A stretch of 64,000 nucleotides of DNA from an uncultured Gemmatimonadales bacterium (GTDB lineage: Bacteria > Gemmatimonadota > Gemmatimonadetes > Longimicrobiales > RSA9), in assembly GCA_963798085.1 (NCBI GenBank), contig CAWCRS010000003.1, positions 192,001-256,000 on the forward strand, read 5' to 3'. A model generated the notes under the pieces. The model worked only from the letters and a program-made list of their open reading frames with translations, searched no databases and was not told the origin of the DNA. Positions 1 to 9,756 of the stretch are shown here, piece after piece. The translations under genes were made by a program, and so were the position numbers. Position 1 is the first letter of the stretch; every line of letters begins with the position of its first letter.

Positions 1-421
1 CTTCCTGCCACGTGCGAACATCGGCGTTACCGAGGGGTCCCAGAGCCAGCTGCTCCATGGACCGATCCTTCTCGAATGCCGGCGTCACTACGAAGGCATC
101 GCCCTTCACGGGCACCACCACGGCGAACGTGCGCTCGCTCAGGCCCCAGTTCACGGCCGTGAAGTAGACCAGCGACGTGCCGCCCATGAGCACCATGGCG
201 TCCAGCTTCTGCTGCGCCATGAGCTGCTTTGCCTTGTCCAGCCTGGTCGCGCGTTCCTCGCTCGTGATCGGTCTGGCCCTCGCCTTCATTGACTCGAGTG
301 CCGCGATCAATGGCGGCAATGCGCTTCCGCCCGTCAGCTGGCTCGAGCCTTCCGCGGAGCTGCAACCGGCCGCGGCCAGCGCCGCGCCGGACATGCCCAG
401 GAAATGACGGCGATTGATCAT
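1..421 (-). CDS. Xaa-Pro peptidase (M24/creatinase N-domain) family protein with Tat signal; runs off the left edge of the window
   Basis: Not in the ORF track. Manual translation from ATG at 421: MINRRHFLGMSGAALAAAGCSS...ITSEERATRLDKAKQLMAQQKLDAMVLMGGTSLVYFTAVNWGLSERTF..., with a twin-arginine motif (RRHFL) and a creatinase-N-like segment. Confidence 0.75.
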   Translation of the reverse strand, partial: MINRRHFLGMSGAALAAAGCSSAEGSSQLTGGSALPPLIAALESMKARARPITSEERATRLDKAKQLMAQQKLDAMVLMGGTSLVYFTAVNWGLSERTFAVVVPVKGDAFVVTPAFEKDRSMEQLALGPLGNADVRTWQE

Positions 422-630
422 GCGAGCTGTCTCCGGATCGGATTGTGGCAGGAAGCGACTGGCGGGATTCCGCCGCGTTCGAGTTTCTGGTGGTTCCGGG
501 GAAGAGGAGATTTATCGACCGGGCCCGCTCGCGACAACCCGCGTGCGGCTGGCGCGTGGCGTGGCTCTCTGCGGCGGAGGCCGAACGTGCCGCTTGCGCC
601 CCGCGCGCCGGCGGCGCTGCCGGCCAAGCG

Positions 631-999
631 TCAGAGGCCTCTGCGGATCAGCCCGATGCGGTTGACATTGGGTGGGATCTCGACAATCACCTGCTCGCCC
701 GGACTCACGCTCCACTCCTCACTGCGGAAGCGCTGGCCTGCGAGCAGGTTGACCTCGACCTGGATCGCCGGCCCGTACCATGCCGAGTTGAACGTCACGC
801 GACTGTTGCCACCGACGACGCCGAGACGGCGGCGGTCTCCACGCCAGAGCAGGTAGACCGTGGCGTCGTAGAAATTCTGGTTCTCGATGCGCACGCGGAT
901 GGGTGGGTACTGGTTCGACTGGCGCTGTTTCTTCAATGCGCACCCGCCGACCAGCAGCACGACGGCCAGCAGGATGAGGCCTGATCTGGAGCGTTTCAC
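631..999 (-). CDS. Hypothetical lipoprotein (122 aa, beta-rich)
   Basis: Basic N-terminus, hydrophobic stretch and lipobox-like VGGC; natural amino-acid composition. Confidence 0.65.
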   Translation of the reverse strand: MKRSRSGLILLAVVLLVGGCALKKQRQSNQYPPIRVRIENQNFYDATVYLLWRGDRRRLGVVGGNSRVTFNSAWYGPAIQVEVNLLAGQRFRSEEWSVSPGEQVIVEIPPNVNRIGLIRRGL

Positions 1000-1144
1000 G
1001 CGGTTCCCCCGCTCATGTGCGCCGTCTCGCCCGGGATTCCCTCAAGTCCCCTCCTGCAACGAGTCGCGCCCTGCAATCAAGCTGAACGCCGCGTGTCCGC
1101 AGCGCCAGTCTGGCTGCCCCGCCGGCTGGCTCGCGCGGCGCACG

Positions 1145-3772
1145 TCAATGCGCGCCCAGCGAGACCAGGTTCGCCAGCAGCCGGTACGCTCCGGGTACGC
1201 CTTCTGGAAGTTCGCGGAAGAAAGAGAGTGCGACGTAAACGTACGTTCCGCGCCCGTATTTCGTGACGAGCAGGCTGCCGCGCAACGGCGCTTCGCCCGG
1301 GTCGTTCATCTCGAATACCGGTGTGTAATGATCGTCCCAGTGACCCGGAAAATAGAGACCGCGCTCCTGCACCCAGCCATCGAAGTCGGATGCGCCAATG
1401 CGATTGGGTGTGGTAACCACCGGACTGGAAGAGTCGAGGATGCGCACCGGCGCGGTCTCGTCCGTCACCCGATCGCCCGATGCGATGGACAGCGGGTACG
1501 GCGCGTAGTTGCCCTGTGCGAATGCCGGCTGGTTGTACTGCACGATGTAGGTGCCGCCGCGCTGCACCCAGTCGAGCACGCGCGCGTTGCTGGCATCGAG
1601 ATCCTCGCGCACTTCGTACGCGCGTATGCCCGCGACGATCACATCGAAGCGGGAGAGGTCGCCGCTGCGCAGCAGTTCCGCGCTGACCGGCTCGACGTGC
1701 AGCCCCATCTGCTCGAGCGCGCTGGCCACGTTGTCGCCGGCCCCTTCAATGTAACCTACGCGCAGACCCTGCGCGACGCTGAGCGGGAACGCCGAGAACA
1801 ATGCCGCGGCATCGCGGAACAGCAGACGAGGCCGGATGTGCGGGTAATCGATGATGTTGTAGCCGCGGCGGTACGCAGCGCCGTCCTGCGTTTCGAATAC
1901 CGCGCCTACGCGGTACTGACCCGGCGCCAGCTCCGCAGGCGGCGACACCCTGAACTTCACGTTCTGGTCCTGGCCAGCCTTCGCGAATTGCACGGGCACT
2001 GCCGCCGGCTCGACGTGCCAGCCCGCGGGGGCTTCCAGCCGCAGGCTCCCCTGCACGGCGGACGTCGCCTCGGAGTGCACGAACACCGTCACGTCGTGGT
2101 TCGAGGTCGCGGCGCCTGCGCCATCGCTGTGGTTCGCGGGAGCGTCGCTGATGGGCGCGATCGCAATGCGCGGCTCGACCAGCACGCTGATCGCAGGCAC
2201 GATCAGCACGGGAAGCCGCCGTTCGCCTGTCGCCTTGTCCACGTCGACGAACGTGGCCGCGGTCGCGAAAGCCACAGCCTGTCCCGCCAGTCGCACGGTC
2301 GCCTCGGCCTGCACCGGTGGCGGCGCGTACGGCTCGCCGCGCAGCGCCGTGTCCGCGGGCCACGTGTACATGTCGCCCTGTCGTGGCTGGCGCAGGAAGT
2401 ACGGCTCGCTGGGCGGTGCACTGGTGGGCACGTGCACGTGGAACTCGCGCGTGGCCATTTCGCCGGGCCGCACCTGTGTGACCGCCGCGCCCCCACCGTC
2501 CACGGTCCAGCCCGCGGGCACCACGGGTTGCAGCCGGTCCACGGCGAGCGGCGCACGGCCGCCGTTCCACAAACGCACGGTTAGGACGAATCCCTCGCCC
2601 GGCACCACGCGCGGCCGGCTGGCCGTCGCGTCCAGCACGATGCCGTCGGCCAGGCGCAGCGCTTCCGTCAGCTCGTCGCGTTCCGCGGCAATGCGGAAGC
2701 GCAGATCCGTGGCGCTCCCGCCCTGCGTACCGGCCAGCGAGTCCGCGCGCTGCAATGCCGTCAACGCGCCCTCGAGAACCGGCACGATGGAGGCGGGCTG
2801 AAGAGCATCCCACGATGTCGTCGCCTTCGATACATCCTTTTCGTAGCTGTCGAGCGTGGCGGCCAGCAGGGCAGCGCGCGGGAAGGCGTGGCGGGCCATG
2901 CCTGCGAGTGTGGTGTCGAGTCCCTGGAACAGGGATGTGAATCCGGTGCGTGGCGCGCCCGCGATCACGAGCACGGCGGATCGCTGCGGTCCCGGCGGCT
3001 GCTGCGAGCCCTGGCCCTGCGAGCGATGGCGGCTGCGTCCCTCGAGCGCGATCTGGTAGTCGGAGCGGCCGAACAGCGGATCGAAATCGCCGGGTGACAG
3101 CCAGAACGCCACGCTGTCCGCCTGCCGCCACGTGGCCTGCAGCAGATACGGTGTCTTGTACGCGCGCAGGCCGGCCGCGATCTGTCCCGGGAAGCGCGCG
3201 GGATCCGCGGCCGCCTCGAATGCTTCGCGCGTAACGAGTCCTGAAGCCTGATGCTGGCCGTGCCCATCGCGCGGCGTGCCGCTCCACACGGAAAGAATCA
3301 CGTCCGGCCGGAACTTGCGAATCACCTCGACAACGTCGGCCACTACGGAATCGCGGGGCCAGTGGCGAAACGCCTCGTCGGCGGACTTCGAGAAGCCGTA
3401 GTCGTATTCGCGTCCGAAATACTGCCGCGCGCCATCCAGCCGCCGTGCCGCGAGCAGTTCATCCGTGCGGATCAGGCCCAGCCCTTCCTTCAGCTCCGGC
3501 CCGATGAGGTTCTGCCCGCCGTCGCCGCGCGTAAGAGACAGATAGGCGACGTCCAGTCCATCGCCCAGCGCCAGCGCAGCCAGGACGCCGTTGTTCTCGT
3601 CGTCGGGGTGCGCACCGATCATCAGCACGCGACCCGTGGTGTGCAGTCGCCGCAGCGCCAGTCCCAGCGCCTGCGCGCCGCGATACTCCGTCTCGTTGAC
3701 CTGCGCCGTCGCCGGTCCCGCGAGAACGGGAACGGCGAGCAGCACGGTGCTGAGCAGGTGTTTGACGTTCAT
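1145..3772 (-). CDS. PIG-L/LmbE-family deacetylase with NEW3/Ig-like repeats and a C-terminal class I GATase-like domain, secreted
   Basis: Signal peptide MNVKHLL...ATAQ; motifs AHPDDE, TRGDGGQN and HGQHQ. Start reassigned to ATG at 3772. Confidence 0.85.
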   Translation of the reverse strand: MNVKHLLSTVLLAVPVLAGPATAQVNETEYRGAQALGLALRRLHTTGRVLMIGAHPDDENNGVLAALALGDGLDVAYLSLTRGDGGQNLIGPELKEGLGLIRTDELLAARRLDGARQYFGREYDYGFSKSADEAFRHWPRDSVVADVVEVIRKFRPDVILSVWSGTPRDGHGQHQASGLVTREAFEAAADPARFPGQIAAGLRAYKTPYLLQATWRQADSVAFWLSPGDFDPLFGRSDYQIALEGRSRHRSQGQGSQQPPGPQRSAVLVIAGAPRTGFTSLFQGLDTTLAGMARHAFPRAALLAATLDSYEKDVSKATTSWDALQPASIVPVLEGALTALQRADSLAGTQGGSATDLRFRIAAERDELTEALRLADGIVLDATASRPRVVPGEGFVLTVRLWNGGRAPLAVDRLQPVVPAGWTVDGGGAAVTQVRPGEMATREFHVHVPTSAPPSEPYFLRQPRQGDMYTWPADTALRGEPYAPPPVQAEATVRLAGQAVAFATAATFVDVDKATGERRLPVLIVPAISVLVEPRIAIAPISDAPANHSDGAGAATSNHDVTVFVHSEATSAVQGSLRLEAPAGWHVEPAAVPVQFAKAGQDQNVKFRVSPPAELAPGQYRVGAVFETQDGAAYRRGYNIIDYPHIRPRLLFRDAAALFSAFPLSVAQGLRVGYIEGAGDNVASALEQMGLHVEPVSAELLRSGDLSRFDVIVAGIRAYEVREDLDASNARVLDWVQRGGTYIVQYNQPAFAQGNYAPYPLSIASGDRVTDETAPVRILDSSSPVVTTPNRIGASDFDGWVQERGLYFPGHWDDHYTPVFEMNDPGEAPLRGSLLVTKYGRGTYVYVALSFFRELPEGVPGAYRLLANLVSLGAH

Positions 3773-3875
3773 GAGACCCGATGATACGGTCACGAGGAAT
3801 CCCGGCAGGGCCCGGCTGGTGAACCCGCGAGGCATTGCCGGGGTTCCTCTTTGTGCCTCTCCAGGTGGAGCGCGC

Positions 3876-4766
3876 GTGCCCGAGCTGCCCGAGATCACAG
3901 TCTATCTGGACGCGCTCCAGCGTTTCGTCGTCGGCCAGCCGCTGGATCGCCTGCGCATTGCATCGCCATCCCTGCTGCGCACCTTCGATCCGCCCGCCTC
4001 CATTCTGCAGGGTCGCAGGGTGACGGGCGTCTTCCGCGTCGGCAAACGCATTGTCCTCGAGTTCGAAGGCGATCTCTTCGCGGTCATCCACCTCATGATC
4101 GCGGGCCGCCTGCGCTGGAAGCCGCGGGGCGCACCCGTGCCGCGCAAGCTGGGTCATGCCGCCTTCGACTTTCCTCATGGCACGCTGTTGCTCACCGAGG
4201 CGGGCACGAAGAAACGTGCGTCGCTGCACGTGGTACGCGGACGAGCGGCTGCCGAAGCGCTGGGCCGCGGCGGCATCGAGCCGCTCGAGGCGTCACCCGC
4301 GCAATTCCGCGAGGCACTGCTGCGCGAGAACCGCACGCTCAAGCGCGCACTCACCGATCCCCGCTTGTTCAGCGGCATCGGCAATGCGCACTCGGATGAG
4401 ATCCTGCTGGATGCGCGGCTCTCACCCGCACGGCTCACACGGAAGCTGGCCGACGACGAGATCGAGCGCCTCTACGCGGCCGTGCGCAGCTCGCTCGAGC
4501 ACTGGCTGCGCATCCTGCGCGAGGAAACCGGCACCGGCTTCCCCGACAGGATCACCGCATTCCACCCGCGCATGCGCGTGCACGGCCGATTCGGCCAGCC
4601 CTGCCCGGTGTGCGGCTCACCCATTCAACGCATCGTGTACGCGCAGAACGAGACCAACTACTGCGCCCACTGCCAGACGGGCGGCCGCCTGCTCGCGGAT
4701 CGCGCCTTCTCCCGCCTGCTCGGTGAAGACTGGCCGCGCACACTGGAAGAGCTGGAGGAAAAGTGA
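3876..4766 (+). CDS. Fpg/Nei-family DNA glycosylase/AP lyase
   Basis: N-terminal (M)PELPE from GTG at 3876, HLMIAG, H2TH motif SGIGNAHSDEIL and C-terminal zinc finger CPVC...CAHCQ. Confidence 0.92.
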   Translation: MPELPEITVYLDALQRFVVGQPLDRLRIASPSLLRTFDPPASILQGRRVTGVFRVGKRIVLEFEGDLFAVIHLMIAGRLRWKPRGAPVPRKLGHAAFDFPHGTLLLTEAGTKKRASLHVVRGRAAAEALGRGGIEPLEASPAQFREALLRENRTLKRALTDPRLFSGIGNAHSDEILLDARLSPARLTRKLADDEIERLYAAVRSSLEHWLRILREETGTGFPDRITAFHPRMRVHGRFGQPCPVCGSPIQRIVYAQNETNYCAHCQTGGRLLADRAFSRLLGEDWPRTLEELEEK

Positions 4767-6985
4767 AGGCGACGATGCTGCGTCGGGTCTTCGTCGCCTG
4801 CACACTCTTCTGTCTGATCACCACTCGGGCGGGGGCGCAGACCGGCGATTCGCTGCCGCCGCACCGGCCGCGCATTGGACTCGCGCTGGGCGGCGGTGGC
4901 GCGCGCGGCCTCGCCCACGTGGGTGTGCTCGAAGCACTCGAGGAATTGCACGTTCCCGTCGACATGATCGCGGGCACCAGCATTGGCGCGATCGTGGGCG
5001 GGCTCTACGCCGCGGGCCTCTCCGCGCACGACATCGAGGAGCGCCTGGCCACCATCGACTGGGACGATGTGCTCAGCAGCAAGCCGGCGCGCCGCGACGT
5101 CGAGTATCGCCGCAAGCAGGATGATCCGAATCTGCTCATCAAGTTCGATATGGGCTTCAGCGGCGGCCGCTTCCATCTGCCCGCGGGCGTGGTCGCGGCA
5201 CAGCGGCCCAGCCTGCTGCTGCGCCTGCTCACGCTGCCCGTAACCGGTGTGCGCGACTTCAACGCACTGCCCGTCCCCTTCCGCGCCGTGACCACGGACA
5301 TCACCACCGGCGACATGGTGGTGCTGGATCACGGCGACCTGGCGCAGTCCATTCTCGCGAGCATGGCCATTCCCGGCGTGTTCGCACCCGTCAGCATCGA
5401 CGGTCACCTGCTGGTGGACGGCGGTGTGGTGCGCAACCTGCCCGTCGATGTCGTGCGCGACATGGGCGCGGACATCGTGATCGCGGTCGATGTGGGCGCG
5501 CCCCTCGCACAGGCCGCCGACCTGACTTCGGCGGTCGACGTCTACGTGCAGACGCTCACCATCTTCACGCGCGGCAATGCGAACACGCAGGTTCGCGAGC
5601 TGCAACCGCAGGACGTGCTCATTGCCCCGGATCCCGGCAACACTGCGACCATGGATTTCCAGAAGCTGCGCGCTCTCGTCGCGGCCGGACGCCGCAGTGT
5701 CGAGCCGCTGCGCGACCGGCTCGCCGCGCTCGCCCTGCCCGCCGCGCAGTACGACTCGATCGCCGCCGCCCGCCGGCGCCACACGCAGCCGCACCCGCTG
5801 GATTTCGTGCGCGTCGACAACCCGTCGCGCTACTCGACGCGCATCGTCAAGGGCCGCCTCACACTGCAGCCCGGCGATACGCTCGACCCCGATCGCCTGG
5901 CCAGCGCCATCGACCGCGTCTACGGCCTGGGCGTGTTCGAGAAGGTGGACTTCGAGGTGGCGCACGATGACACGGCCGGCGACGGCATCATCCTGCACCT
6001 GCGCGAGAAGCCGTGGGGCCCCGCCACGCTGCGCTTCGGACTGGGCCTGACCGATGAGCCGAACGGCGAGAGCACCTACGAGCTGCGCACTAACATGACG
6101 TTGACAGGGCTGGATGCGCTGGGCGCGGACCTGCGCACCGAGTTCCGCGCGGGAGAAGTACGCGGCGGTCTGGTCGAGTTGTACCAGCCGGTCACCTTCA
6201 GCGGCCGCTTCTTCGTGTCACCCTGGCTGGAAGGTGAGCAGACCCTGTTCGACACCTTCCAGGACAACGTGCGCATTGCGGAGTACGACACGGACCGCCT
6301 GAGTGCGGGCTTCGATGCCGGTGTGCAGTTCGGACGCTGGGGTCAGCTGCGCATGGGCGTCGAGCGGCGCAAGGTGCACGCCGACCCGCTCATCGGTGAG
6401 CCCACCCTGCCCACGTACGACGTGCGCCACACCGTGTTCGGCGCGCAGCTCGACATCGATCGCCTGGACGACGTCTACTTCCCCACACGCGGCGGCCTCA
6501 CTCACCTGCGCTTCGAACGCGCCAGCCACTCCGACAGCGTGCCCGCCTTCACTCGCCTGCAGGCCAGCGCGCTTTCCGTCTTCTCCGCCGGACCGCACAC
6601 GCTGATCACCGCACTCGATGCCGGCACCGGCTTCGGCCCCGACCTGCCCGCCTACGAGCAGTTCGAGCTGGGCGGCTTCCTGCACCTCTCCGGCCTCCAC
6701 CGCCGCCAGGCCGCCGGCCGCTACTTCGCGCTGGGCCGGCTCATCTACATGAACCGCGTCGGCGACGCCGTCGGTCTCCGTTTCGCCGGCGGCCTGCGCA
6801 TGGGCGGCTCACTCGAGCTCGGCAACGCCTGGCAGGACCCGCCCCCCCTCGCCGGCAACGCCCTCCGCCTCGGCGTCAGCATCTTCGGTGGCCTCGAAAC
6901 CGTGCTCGGCCCCCTCTACGCCGCGTATGGAATCGCCGATCGCGGACGAAGGGCCTGGTACATTCTGTTAGGCAGAGCGCTCTAG
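4763..6985 (+). CDS. Patatin-like phospholipase with POTRA and Omp85-type beta-barrel (PlpD / type Vd-like)
   Basis: Signal peptide; patatin motifs GGGGARG, GTSIG and DGG; amphipathic beta-strand C-terminus with ELGGFLHLSG. Overlaps the upstream stop by 4 nt. Confidence 0.88.
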   Translation: MKATMLRRVFVACTLFCLITTRAGAQTGDSLPPHRPRIGLALGGGGARGLAHVGVLEALEELHVPVDMIAGTSIGAIVGGLYAAGLSAHDIEERLATIDWDDVLSSKPARRDVEYRRKQDDPNLLIKFDMGFSGGRFHLPAGVVAAQRPSLLLRLLTLPVTGVRDFNALPVPFRAVTTDITTGDMVVLDHGDLAQSILASMAIPGVFAPVSIDGHLLVDGGVVRNLPVDVVRDMGADIVIAVDVGAPLAQAADLTSAVDVYVQTLTIFTRGNANTQVRELQPQDVLIAPDPGNTATMDFQKLRALVAAGRRSVEPLRDRLAALALPAAQYDSIAAARRRHTQPHPLDFVRVDNPSRYSTRIVKGRLTLQPGDTLDPDRLASAIDRVYGLGVFEKVDFEVAHDDTAGDGIILHLREKPWGPATLRFGLGLTDEPNGESTYELRTNMTLTGLDALGADLRTEFRAGEVRGGLVELYQPVTFSGRFFVSPWLEGEQTLFDTFQDNVRIAEYDTDRLSAGFDAGVQFGRWGQLRMGVERRKVHADPLIGEPTLPTYDVRHTVFGAQLDIDRLDDVYFPTRGGLTHLRFERASHSDSVPAFTRLQASALSVFSAGPHTLITALDAGTGFGPDLPAYEQFELGGFLHLSGLHRRQAAGRYFALGRLIYMNRVGDAVGLRFAGGLRMGGSLELGNAWQDPPPLAGNALRLGVSIFGGLETVLGPLYAAYGIADRGRRAWYILLGRAL

Positions 6986-6998
6986 GGGACCGCGAACT

Positions 6999-7046
6999 GC
7001 GTTGCTGGGGCTGGTTGCTGGGCAACGAGCAACCAGCAACGCCTTT
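6999..7046. terminator. Hairpin between convergent genes, probable terminator
   Basis: GCTGGTTGCT(7010-7019) pairs with AGCAACCAGC(7028-7037); alternative pairing GCGTTGCTG(6999-7007)/CAGCAACGC(7034-7042); short T tract follows. Confidence 0.5.
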
Positions 7047-7052
7047 CCGGAC

Positions 7053-8159
7053 CTAATGCTTATGCCGCCCACCCCCCATGTCCATCGACCCCATGTCCAT
7101 CATCATCTCGTGCGGATGAGCATTGCTCACGGTTTCGACGTCCTTCAGGTACATGGGGTTCTTCGGGTCGATGGCGGGCCATTCGGCGCCGCGGCTGGCC
7201 AGCATGATGCCACCGAGTGCGCCCATGCCACCGCCGCGCAGGGTGTCACCGGTCGGATTCTCGTAGATCACGGTCAGGCGGTACGTGTGATCCGTGTGCA
7301 GCGGGATGCCCAGCTTCCACAGGAACATGTTCTGCGGCATGCCCTCGACATCGCCTGCGTCATCAAGGATGGGCTTCGCCTCGTAGAGCATTCTGCTCGC
7401 GGTCTGGTCGAACAGCTGCAGCGACGTCGCGTACCGGTGCACGTGACCGCCCATGCCGAGGATGCGCCCGGCTACGGCCGGCTTGCCTTCCCAGCTCTTC
7501 ACGAAATGACCGGGCGGCAGGTCGAACTCGTGGACGCCGGCCGGCGGCATCACGTCGAGGTAGAACGGATACACGCGCAGCGGCTGCAGCATGCCCGAGC
7601 GGTCGCCGTGCGGCATGCGCACGCGCACACGCACGCCTTCATAGGACTGATCGGTCGGATTGTAGAGCATCGCCATCAGCATCACGCGGTCGCCGCGGCT
7701 CAGCGGATAGCCCACGAAGCGGGGCGCATCCACGGGGCCGGTCTCGTGACCCGCCGCGCCCAGCCGCTGCATGATCGGGCTGAACAGCTCGCGGCGGCCG
7801 GGCACGATGATGTTCACGTGGTGCACCAGGTCATGCGGCACTTCCCGGCCGTACTTGTCGAGCAGCTCGATGTGGTAACCGTGCGCCCAGCCGTTGACCG
7901 GGACCACGCCTTCGCGCGTGGGTGGCTGCGTCATCGCCATGTCGGGCGCATGCGCCGGCAGATCCACCGGCGCCATCTCGAAGACCAGCTCATGGCTGCC
8001 GGCATCATAGGCGACACCCAGCGCACCGTCCTGCGCCGGTATCGGCTCCGGCCCCACCTGCGGCGGTCCCGTCCGGGCACAGGCTGCCAGGGCCGCCAGC
8101 AGCACCAGCGCCACTCGGCCGTCGACCTCGAAACCGGATCGGTCCAGCTGCTTCTGCAT
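7053..8159 (-). CDS. Lipoprotein with copper type II monooxygenase (PHM/DBH)-like His/Met motifs
   Basis: Lipobox LAAC; LVHHVN and GGHVH motifs; late GGMG; Met/His-rich tail. Start could also be 8186. Confidence 0.6.
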   Translation of the reverse strand: MQKQLDRSGFEVDGRVALVLLAALAACARTGPPQVGPEPIPAQDGALGVAYDAGSHELVFEMAPVDLPAHAPDMAMTQPPTREGVVPVNGWAHGYHIELLDKYGREVPHDLVHHVNIIVPGRRELFSPIMQRLGAAGHETGPVDAPRFVGYPLSRGDRVMLMAMLYNPTDQSYEGVRVRVRMPHGDRSGMLQPLRVYPFYLDVMPPAGVHEFDLPPGHFVKSWEGKPAVAGRILGMGGHVHRYATSLQLFDQTASRMLYEAKPILDDAGDVEGMPQNMFLWKLGIPLHTDHTYRLTVIYENPTGDTLRGGGMGALGGIMLASRGAEWPAIDPKNPMYLKDVETVSNAHPHEMMMDMGSMDMGGGRHKH

Positions 8160-8383
8160 GCTCCGTTCCCTTCGTGTCTGGTTCACTCCGGTGTTCCGGG
8201 GTGCTGCTTACAACCCGCAAGCCAGCACGCGGTTTCGCTGCGTGCCGCAGCACGCGCGGGCCCGAGCGCGCCGCGCGCCCACGTGTTATTCTTCTGTCCC
8301 AAAAGGCGCCCGGCGAGGAATGACGCTCGAGCCTGCACCCCCGGCCCGACCCATCCTCGCGGAAACCCGTGGAGACCCGCGTC

Positions 8384-9691
<1,308 letters not shown>

Positions 9692-9756
9692 CGAACAGCC
9701 TGTCAGGAGGCGACCGGAGCGCGTCCGCTTCCGGCCCCCCGGCGCGCGCCTCCGCC

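Noticed and set aside
887..2584. Long antisense or alternative-frame ORFs (for example 887..2584, 7002..8465, 15047..17146, 39508..41304, 46408..48333, 52973..54661)
   Set aside because: They shadow well-supported genes on the opposite strand and are Arg/Ala/His-rich with no motifs, as expected from stop-codon scarcity at high GC.
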